Source: Octopus vulgaris (lineage: Eukaryota). Taken from it: a stretch of 64,000 nucleotides of DNA. The DNA lies in NCBI GenBank assembly GCA_951406725.2, contig OX597827.1:84382001-84446000 (forward strand), given 5' to 3'. Of the stretch, positions 53,829 through 64,000 are shown in pieces. The notes beneath the pieces were generated by a model. That model worked only from the letters and a program-made list of their open reading frames with translations. It was not told the origin of the DNA and did not search any database. Made by a program: the position numbers and the translations under genes. The first letter of the stretch is position 1, and every line of letters starts with the position of its first letter.

Positions 53829-55072
53829 GAAGAAGACGGTGAGAATGGAGTGAGAAGTCAATTTTATAATGTTATGAAGGCAGCTCAAAGTGTCGGGTCT
53901 GATTTGATCCCAAACCTTCGTTTTCACATGAATCTTCAAACTGGGTCAGCGATATCTCAAACTCCAGATGTTGTTGTTGTCGTTATTGATTTCTGAAATG
54001 ATGATGATGAGGAGGAGGAGGAGGAATGTGGTAGGCCCAAAATGTCGGAGACAAAACAAGCAAGAAATATTTTTAAAATGTAAGATTCACAGCGGGTAAA
54101 AAGGGCAAAATCAACAATAACAATAAGCAACGCTACAACCGATTCTTCATAATGGGCAGGTGGAAGGGGTATCCCCAGGCTTGCATTACTCTGACATATC
54201 AAAAGCCTTCTCTCGGGTCTTGCCACCGGCCTAGAGTTACGGACCAATTTAACTGCGCCAGTTTCGTTACTCTCGCCCAGTTTTCATACAATTTACGAAG
54301 GACAACCTCCCTCTCTCCCTCTCTTTCTTCCCCTCTCTCTCTCCCTGTCTTTCTCTGCCCTTACATTTCTCTTAAAATTATACTTGCAGAAGTCGATGAG
54401 AGCTTTGCTTAAGAGGAAATGATTTGTTTTCAAGACTTTTAACTGTGTCCACAACACCACTTCCATGGCCGTGGTCTCAACACACAGGAAAACGATCTGC
54501 TCTTGCCAAAAGAGTGCAATGCTTTAATTGTCCTGATTCCCTCATCTGACAGCCAAATGCGTCAAACGCGTAATGGCAGTTCCGTTATATCAGCCATATG
54601 TTGACAATAGTTTATTTTTTGTAGGAAGACTTCATCATCTGCACACATCTTCAAAATGGATCAGTTGCTGGTGGTTCCAAAAATGGCCATATCTGTAGAG
54701 TTTATCCCAGACATGATTGTAGCAGCACCTCCCCCGCTATAACACAGAATGGTCAAATATTTTTGGAGATTTTTCACAATCAGGACTTAAAGACCTTTAC
54801 AACAGATTAATCATCATCATCATCATCATTTCTCACAGACACATCTGTATCGATAGGAGTGGGGAAAAGTAATGATGTATTTAGGCTCAGAGCTGATATT
54901 ATCGGCCCTGGATTCATGGAAGTCATCGTCAACAGCAGCACGATTTGAACTTAGAACGCAAATAGACGTAAATAAACACGAAAAGAATTTACACATTCCA
55001 TGTTCCACCGATTCTTCCATCCACCACCCTGGTACTCTACCTACTCTACCATCTATCGCCTCTTTAATAATG

Positions 55073-55131
<59 letters not shown>

Positions 55132-55620
55132 TTTCATATTATTATTATTATTATTGTTGTTGTTATTATCAATATTATTATTAGCAGCAGTAGCGTTGTA
55201 GACTCTAATAAATACAATCCAGTGGCAGTTAAGAAGCAGCGACACATCCCCTAAATCAATAAATAAACACAAGAGGTCGCTGGCAGTGTTGTGATGAGCG
55301 TCCATTGTATGAGATAAACGGTATCACGTGTTGTATGAGGTTGGCTGGTGGCTGATGGGGAGGTGTACTGAGATGTCGGTGGGTTTAAGTAAACACTGGC
55401 AAGTAATTGAAAACACTTCTTCTTCTCCTTCATATGTCAGCTTCATCAAAGCTGAATATAATTTCGAGAGAGGAGCTGGTGGGGGAAAGTAAGTGTATAC
55501 TTATATAGGTACACGTGTGAGTTTGTGTGTGTGTGTGTGTGTGTGTATATATTTGGATCTATGTACATGCAGATGTGTGCACATATATATATAAATGCGC
55601 GCACATGTGCATAGATACAA

Positions 55621-55711
<91 letters not shown>

Positions 55712-55719
55712 TAAATATA

Positions 55720-55753
<34 letters not shown>

Positions 55754-56452
55754 CAGAGAGAGAGAGAGAGAGAAAGAGATGATTAAAGAAAATCACGTAT
55801 ATTTACTCTTACGTTCTCTCTACCTTTCTTCCATGTGTGCACTACAGATACACGCACATATGCATACACACACACACACACACACACGCACAATTCATAT
55901 TCTCACACCTATTACCAGCACATAGTTTCCTGTAAAGTAATTTCTAAACTCCAGAAGTTGTGACACCCTCCACCCAGTTAGTAACTTTAACCACACCTTT
56001 ACAATTTGGGGAATATCAAATGTTTGGTCAGGCAGCAGCAGTGACCCTTTTCAGAGTGTCCAAGTCTGGGGGTGGGATTTGAGAAAGACATTCCTGGACC
56101 CAGCCATTGTATCTAGGGCTAAGTAGTTGTGTTTAAATGGACCATGCAACACCAACAATTATCCTCCTCCTCCTCCAATGGTCTTCCATACAGTTTCCGT
56201 CAACAAACTGTCCCTGGTCACAGTTTGGTTGATTCCAGACTCTCGTAGAAAACACCGCTGATGCCAAGCAATGGGATCGAACTAAGAAATTTATAGTTAC
56301 GAAGCAAACATCTTGGCCCCAACAACCATCCCTACCATTCCAGTTGCAGTGGATTTTCTCGACCGCAATGAAGCCGGATTTACGTCTGTTATTCTATTGA
56401 TCTCAGTTTATCGATTTTCGACGCAGCTCGAATGTTAGCACAATTGCAATCA

Positions 56453-56530
<78 letters not shown>

Positions 56531-56815
56531 GTATCCGTACAGTTTCCGTCAATCAACTTCAACTCATAGCGTAAGGTGAACCTGAGTATTGGACAAAAAA
56601 ATCTAAGCAAAGAAGAAACACAATAGGATTGAACTCTGAACTACGTGGTTGCAAAGTGAACGTCTTAAGCACACAGCTGTACATGGCTCCCACCTTTGTC
56701 TTCTACAGGTACTTGTTTTCACTGTTCACTACTTGAAGTAAACCACTATATTTCATCAAACACACACACACACTAAAGACCAGAGTTTAGTATCTTGAGT
56801 GACAGTAGACAGCAA

Positions 56816-56829
56816 GCGCCCTCTGCTGG
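56816..56829 (-). promoter_or_regulatory. Candidate CTCF-binding motif
   Basis: Minus strand CCAGCAGAGGGCGC matches the CTCF core consensus; motif only. Confidence 0.4.
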
Positions 56830-57539
56830 TGGAACGTTAAACCTTTAGCAGTCATATTCTCTCAAAAGTAATGTTTATTTATTCCCATTGTTTTAAATTA
56901 ATCATGCATTATCTTGTAGCTGTTCATTCATAGAACGACATGGTAGGGTTGGTGTGAGAGGCCTGATTTGGCCAGTGTTAACATAAACCAGGAAGAATAT
57001 TTTGGTCGGATATGGGACAGTTAAAGGGTTAAGCACTGCTTTCCAATCTGTCAGTATTTCTCGGGGCCTTCCCCGCGTCTTTTACCACTGGTGAGGTGGA
57101 AGTAGTGGAAGCGCCGGTGAAGTGATGACTGCGACATGTTTGGCTTATGTTGAGAAGGAGGAGGAATTCTTGACCCCCCGAAAATGTTGCGGAAATTGAG
57201 TGAGAGTAACAAACAATATTAAATGAGTGAGAGGGAAAACGCTTCAACATCGCTTCTGGATGAAAGCGGTTCTCCCCTGCACTTCTGATTTTACATGTTA
57301 CATTCTATATATATTTTGTATTAAACACACATTCTAAAATATTAAATTGCATATATACGTGTGTATAGGATAGGATAGAAGAACTTATGTTGTTGTATGG
57401 TTTAGTCATCAAATTAAATTCCCTTTATTTCTATCTTTCGTTTCATTTAGATTTTGCCTTTCAAACTTCGAAAATGCTTCCACATCTATCAAGAACTTTT
57501 TACTTGTCTTTCTTTGTAGCCAAAAGCTAAAAAAATATA

Positions 57540-57607
<68 letters not shown>

Positions 57608-57699
57608 GCTGTTGTTGTCACTGTTGCTGCTGTTCTTACTATTGTTGTTATCATGAAACAGGTACTAGAATGTGATATGCCTGCAATACTCTGCCCCTG

Positions 57700-58230
57700 G
57701 TAAGTAAACATTTCCTCATATCTTATAAATATATTATAAGCACTTCAATAAGAACAATACTCTCTCTTTAAATAATATCGTATTTCAAATATCCAGCTAC
57801 GACTAAATTCACACAGAGACTCGTCCCCCGCCCCGCCACAACTGCCAGAATATAATTGCAGAAACATCACGTTCGGTACACATAATGGCAAGAACCTGAC
57901 AAAGCCACTTGTGTATAGAACAATAACAACCACATAGGCCGCATGGAAAATACATTTAAAACCAGATGCCCACAATTACTTCACTCCTTTAGCATTAAAC
58001 ACAGAAATAAATTTCACCGCTTATTCCAAATGCATCGAGAATTTTAAGGAAAGCGAAATTACCAACTTCTCCTATGAACTAGAATATTGTAAGAAAATGC
58101 AACCCCATCCAAGAGGTGCAATTTAAATTTTACAAACTTCTCTGCCTTGATTTGATGTCTCAATATATCAATCAGTTAATCCGAAACATTGTCTGCACGC
58201 AGGACTGGCAACAAATTCTTGCTTCAAAAT
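57700..58230 (+). mobile_element. Penelope-like GIY-YIG endonuclease relic
   Basis: YNCRNITFGTHNGKNLTKPLVYRTITT followed, across a frameshift, by HIGRMENTFKTR; compare CNCR...NGKCL...VY...YIG.TE.TFK.R. Confidence 0.65.
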
Positions 58231-59844
58231 TTAACAACACGTTTAACTGTCCCCACCCTCAGCCTACCACTCACTCAGACCTTTAGTTAAGTACCTCCAG
58301 TGACACAACATAGTAATATTTCTCCCCCTAATACACAGTAATCACTTGACCACCACTGGCTCTCTCACATAAATCTCTCCTCACTCTTCTGTACTAACAA
58401 CGGGCAGACAGGTCATGCTGCAGGAATCATCTTCGCCCTCGGCCATCAACAGACAGTCATTTCTACATTACCAAACACCTGATCAACTCGCCAAGACCGA
58501 CCAATGGAAACAAAGCAATTTGTTATCCCGTGTCTTTATTCAGTGAAAAAAGAAGTTCTTCCATTTAGCTTTCTTGTTGCCTGAAGAATTGCATATGAAG
58601 AGAAACTGAGCGGCGACAGAGTACATCCTTTATGTATTGAGTACTTTTTCTCCTGCCGGTTTTTCCCAGACGTATATATGTGTGAATGTATGCACGTGTA
58701 TATATATGTATGCATGGGAATGTATGTGCACGCGCGCGTGTAGATGAATGCATGTCCAAAATCATAGTCGAAATTACCTTTGCAATGGCTGGTGGCACCG
58801 CAAAAACCGAGACTATACACCTGAGTATCTGATACAATATATATGTCATAATAACGTGCAATAAAGTAGTATAACTGCTACAATATGGTGTGACTTGTAT
58901 TCAATGTTGTATGCATCTCACAATACCGAACTGTACAGCAGAACTGTACACAATACAGAACTGTACATTGAATGAAGGGGCATGGCTACCGCAACACCCT
59001 ACGGCAGACTCGAGTCCTGGACCTAAAATCGAAAAGCTTTCAATGTTTATTCCTTATTGTAGACATTCCACTCTGTGAACAACAAAAACACTCTTGGGAA
59101 AGGCATGAATACCTTATAATCTTTTCATTTCTGTCATGTAATCTTTACTTTTTGATTTCACTTTTACTCGCCAATGAAGCTACAATCGTGTGACCACTGA
59201 AACTGACAGAGATAGCACCCAAATGACCATCGTAGAATGCTGTAGTCCTAGATAGCTGTAGACTGTCTTGGTAAAAGACGAAAATGTCTTCGGTCATAAG
59301 TTTGCTAAATCAGAGCCGATCTCGGGCAAAACAATAACTTGTTCTTATGTTGGTAAATGTAACACAATGGGTGTCTGTGGGTAGGACAACCTGCCATCAA
59401 TCTACCAACCTCACCTACTGAAGGGAGAGAGCTACCCCACCAAAATGAAGTGAGAAACCTATTTTATTTTTGATATTTACAAAAAGAAAATAGTTAATAT
59501 ATCTGAGTTCTGGTTTCGAATCCAGCCAAGTCAAAATTTATCTTTCATCATTCCGTGCTCCAAAAAATATGTACCAGTTATATAGTGGGCTCGCTTTCTT
59601 CACTATATCCTCCCTCTCCAAAATAATGTGGCCTCGTGTCAAATTTAGGAATCACTATTTATTAGAAAATTCAATGCCTCCAACCAAACCAAAGTGTTGA
59701 CAAAAATGGTACTTAATGTCCGGTGAATGGGAGTTGAGTAAAATGAAGAGATCGGTTCCATCAAATGATGAAAGAGAATTTACAAAACAAGCGAGCACAA
59801 GATGAAAGTCAAATGATAGTTAACACAGCCATACCTGTACAACA

Positions 59845-60184
59845 GTGAAGGCACATGGCTCAGTGGTTAGAGCGTCGAGCTTACGATCGCGAGGTTGTGA
59901 GCTCGAATCCCAGACCGGGCTACGTGTTGTGTTCTTGAGCAAGACACTTTATTTCACGTTGCTCCAGTTCACTCAGCTGTAGAAACGAGTTGTGATGTCA
60001 CAGGTGCCAAGCTGTATCGGCCCCTTTGCCTTTCCCTTGGATAACAGTCGTGGAGTGGAGAGGGGAGGCTGGTATGCATGGGCGACTGCTGGTCTTCCAT
60101 AAACAACCTTGCCCGGATTTGTGCATGGATGGGTAACTTTCTAGATGCAATCTCATGGTCAGTCATGACCGAAGGGCGTCTCAG
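59845..60184 (+). mobile_element. Full-length SINE family C with 12-bp TSD
   Basis: TSD ACCTGTACAACA at 59833-59844 and 60185-60196; A-box tggctcagtggttag and B-box-like gagctcgaatccc. Confidence 0.93.
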
Positions 60185-60606
60185 ACCTGTACAACAACTA
60201 CACAACATTAAATATAATCATACGTACGTAGATGTGTGTGTGCGTATGTGTGTGTGTGATGGAGAGAGAGAGAAAGAAAGAAAGAAAGAGGAAGGTGCAA
60301 GTATGTATTTAACCTTTCTGTAGTGTATGAGAAGGATGGGAGGATCAAATGTCAAAGGTGGCCGAGAAAGTAGGGAGAGAGTAGAATAGTGTTGACCAAA
60401 GCAGCACTAGCGCCCTCTGTTGTTCTTGCAGGGAAACACCTACCGGAAAAAAAATACAATTTCATCAGTCAGACATGATTACTTGGTTAGGAGGCGATGA
60501 ATCTAGAAGTGCAGGTAAACAGAAACGAACTTTCAACGTCGATGTTTGGCACCAATGACCACCAACTTGTCCTATCACATATACACTAATAGAATCCGCT
60601 CTTTAC

Positions 60607-60705
<99 letters not shown>

Positions 60706-61179
60706 CCAAGAAACGTTAAACGCTTTTTCTACACAGTATTGAATATATTTCTTCGTTCGAATTCTATTATTTTTGCAGCATTCTTCTGCTTTACTTTACA
60801 ATTATATACATCTGCATCTTATATATATGTGTGTGTGTGTGTGTGTATGTATGTGTGTATATGTGTGCGTGTGTGTGTGTGTGTGTGTGTGCACGTGGTG
60901 CGGTAACGATGTTGGCATTGTACTGTTGGTGACAGTGTTGTAGGTATTCGTGGTTTGGGCGTTGGCGTTGGTGGTGGTGGTGGTGGTGGTGGTGGTGGTG
61001 GTGGTGGGTGCAGTAGGTGTTAGCAGGGAGGTAGCACTGTTCATTGTGGTGTTAATCACCTTATTATTATTTCCTCCTTTGATATCAGATGAAAGCTGTG
61101 TAAGATTGTAATTACTGTCGCTAGCTTTGTGCTCGCTTTTCTGGGGATTCAACCTCCCTTGTACAACCTCTCATACCAC

Positions 61180-61238
<59 letters not shown>

Positions 61239-61292
61239 ACACACACGTATTCTATAAATGTATATACACACACACACACATATCTATGTGCG

Positions 61293-61341
<49 letters not shown>

Positions 61342-61849
61342 GAGAGAAAGAGAGAGAGGGGGAGAGAAAGAGACAGAGGGGGGAGAGAAAGAATGAGAGA
61401 GATGTATATATGTGTATATACACAAACATATGTAATACACACACAAGCAGACACACACGCATACCTAGATATACAGACACACAAAGTGGCGGTGGGGGGG
61501 GGGGAGAAAAGATATAATGAAAAAATTGTGATGTAAAATTATCATTTCATTGTCTCCTCCACACACACACACACACACACACATCTCCCATCCACCCTTG
61601 CACTACACCCCTCCACACACATCTCAACCTATTCTCTCGCCGTTAATCCAAGATAAGCAATTACCTTATTAACAGAATTACGAAAAAGAAAGGAAGGAAC
61701 GAAAGGACAGAAGAAAAAGAAAATAATTAAGAGGGAGGAGGGGAGGTTATGAATATCAATTCATTATTATCGTTAATTACATCTTCAGAATGGTTTTTAT
61801 TGATACCCGGAATACTTCGACACCAGGAATTCACTCAATACCCTGGGTC

Positions 61850-63420
61850 CGTTTAATACACGTCACCTGACTCAGAGATCGAACACCGAACCACATAATC
61901 ATTTTTCAAGCCCAAACCAACAAAAAAGACAAGACCGGCCAACAACAAGAAAATCAATGCTATCGATCTGTAGCTAAACGAAATGAAAGTTCCCAGCGAG
62001 ACTACAGGTAAAGCTTGATAAATCCAATCACCCCTCAAATCCCTATCCAAAAATTCTATGGGAACAACTGAAAACCGCCATTCTACAGACGTCTGCAGAA
62101 ATCCTTGTGTTTACGAAGAAAAAGAACAAGGATTGGTTTGATGAAAACGATTTATTAAAGAAGGAATTATTAAAGACAAGGTCCCCCCCCCCCACAAGCA
62201 CACCTGGCATAACCGACCTGCCTCGAGCAGAAAGTGGCCTTCAGCCAAGCCAGCAGCTTTCTGCAGCACAAACTCTGTGAAATTCAGAAAGAGTGGCGGA
62301 CCAACCTCGCACGGAGAACCCAGCTGTGCGCTGACTCTGGTGATTACAGGGTGTTCTATGAAGCTCTCAAAGCAGCCTACGGTCCAACACATCAAGTCCA
62401 GAGTCCCCTGCGCAGTTCAGATGACCAGGCACTTCTCACAGACACAACATCCATCCTCAGCCGTTAGTCTGAATACTTTCAGGCCCTCTTCAGTGCAAAC
62501 CGAGTTGTCTAGGAAAACGCAATCCTCCACATCCAGCAGCAATCAATCAGAATGGAACTGGATGAGTCGCCAACCCTGGAAGAGAGCACAATTGCCATAG
62601 GCCGGCTGAAGAGTAGAAAGGCAGCAGGAGAGATGAAAGCATGCGGTTCCTGTCATACATGCTAAACTCCATCAGCTCCTCGTTGCATGCTGGGAACAGG
62701 GCAAGCTGCCACAAGATCTCCGCGATGCCGTCATCGTAATACTGTACAAAAACAAAGGGGGAAATCAGACCGCTCAAAATACCGGGAGAATCACCCTGCT
62801 TTCCACTGCAGGAAAAGTTCTTGCAAGACTTGTTCTGTCCATCGCCGAACATCCATCTTCCAGAAAGCCAATGTGGTTTCAGAGCCAACAGTGGCACAAC
62901 AGATATGGTTTTCATTCTCAGGCAGCTTCAAGAAAAGTTCCGGAGAAGAACAAACCACTTTATGTTTACGTCTGTACATCTGACGAAAGCGTTCGACTCT
63001 GTGAGCAGGAGAGGTGTGTGGCAGATCCTAAACCAAATTCCTAACCAAGATCATTCAGCTTTACGAATACCAACAAGGACAAGTCCACCTGAACAGCGAC
63101 ACATCACAGCCATTCTCCATCAACAACGGCGTGATGCTCAAGCAGGCCACTGCTGACATCGACTTTGAAGACAGGGTCTACATCAGGTACCGTCTGGATG
63201 GCAGTCTTTTCAATCTCCGGCGCCTACAGGCCCACACCAAGACTCAAGAGCAACTGATCCGAGTCTTTCTCTTCGCAGATGATGCTGCACTTGTCGCACA
63301 CACAGAAGAGGCCCTGCAACACATCACCTCCTGCTTTTGCAGAGGCTGCCCAGCTCTCCAGACAAGAAATAAACTTCCAAAAGACTGGCGTCCTACAATA
63401 ACCAGCTCCTCAGGAGGAGG
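61850..63420 (+). mobile_element. Degenerate RTE-clade LINE
   Basis: KNKDWFDEND, FYEALKAAYGP, LPESQCGFR, HLTKAFDSVSR, IRYRLDGSLFNLRRL and LFADDAALVAH; many frameshifts. Confidence 0.92.
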
Positions 63421-63510
63421 CAAGATTCGAAATAAAAGGGGGAAAAATAGCCGAAAATGAAAGATTAAAAAAATATAACCCATTATGCCGGACGCTCAAT
63501 CTAAGCGTGC

Positions 63511-63636
63511 CCCTTTGATGCCAGTCTGAAGAGGTGTCCCTCTAATGTTCAAAAGCGCAAACATTATGTAAGTTTTCACGTGGAACTTTTACGTGAATTG
63601 GCACCGAAACACTTAGAACTGGTCATTAAGGATGGG
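63511..63636 (+). ncRNA. Degenerate hammerhead-like motif
   Basis: ccagt-CTGAAGA-ggtgtc...ggcacc-GAAAC-acttaga-actgg. Stems I and II pair, but the NUH cleavage triplet is lost. Confidence 0.5.
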
Positions 63637-63736
63637 ATAAACACTTTTTTTGCTTTCTTATTTATGATGGATGGATAGATTATTGCTACAAATATAGATG
63701 CATATTCATACACATATATACTCACACATATATACT

Positions 63737-63809
<73 letters not shown>

Positions 63810-63915
63810 TGATAAAACGGTAAGATAACAAAAGAAAGAAAGAGACCTCAATATTATGTAAATAGAGGAAATTTATCTATACAATATGTTACATTACTCG
63901 GTAGTCAAGATAAAA

Positions 63916-64000
63916 CTCTGAGTTTCAGATGCCGAAGAAATAGCCAGATAACCGAAGAGATGGTGTTGTGGATTTCCACTTCGGCATCTGAAACTCAGAG
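63916..64000. repeat. Inverted repeat running off the window end, containing a hammerhead-like motif
   Basis: 63916-63937 is the exact reverse complement of 63979-64000; gataa-CCGAAGA-gatg...catc-t-GAAAC-tcagag. Confidence 0.8.

Noticed and set aside
59845-59920. tRNA gene
   Set aside because: tRNA-like head continues into a SINE body with TSDs and has a second copy at 34178-34517; the same applies to the family A and B heads

Overview
AT-rich, repeat-saturated animal genomic DNA. The microsatellite density and SINE types look like a coleoid cephalopod (Octopus-like); that assignment is an inference. I could not support any host protein-coding exon, so the window is probably intergenic or deep intronic. 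Almost all ORFs in the supplied track are microsatellite artefacts. Real coding relics are all from mobile elements: two CR1/L2-type LINEs, an RTE LINE, two R4/Dong-type LINEs, LINE 3' ends, a near-complete DD34D mariner with TIRs, a DD37D (maT) transposase and two Penelope-like GIY-YIG relics. There are also at least three tRNA-headed SINE families and Helitron-like termini. The most striking signal is a recurring class of short non-coding elements embedded in (TA)n/(CA)n tracts. Several form fold-back palindromes (19092-19630, 19861-19929, 34617-35098, 63916-64000) and several carry minimal type I hammerhead ribozyme cores (best at 20461-20557 and 34948-35040). A second signal is a LINE/SINE pair sharing a 3' tail, with insertions recurring inside SINE heads.
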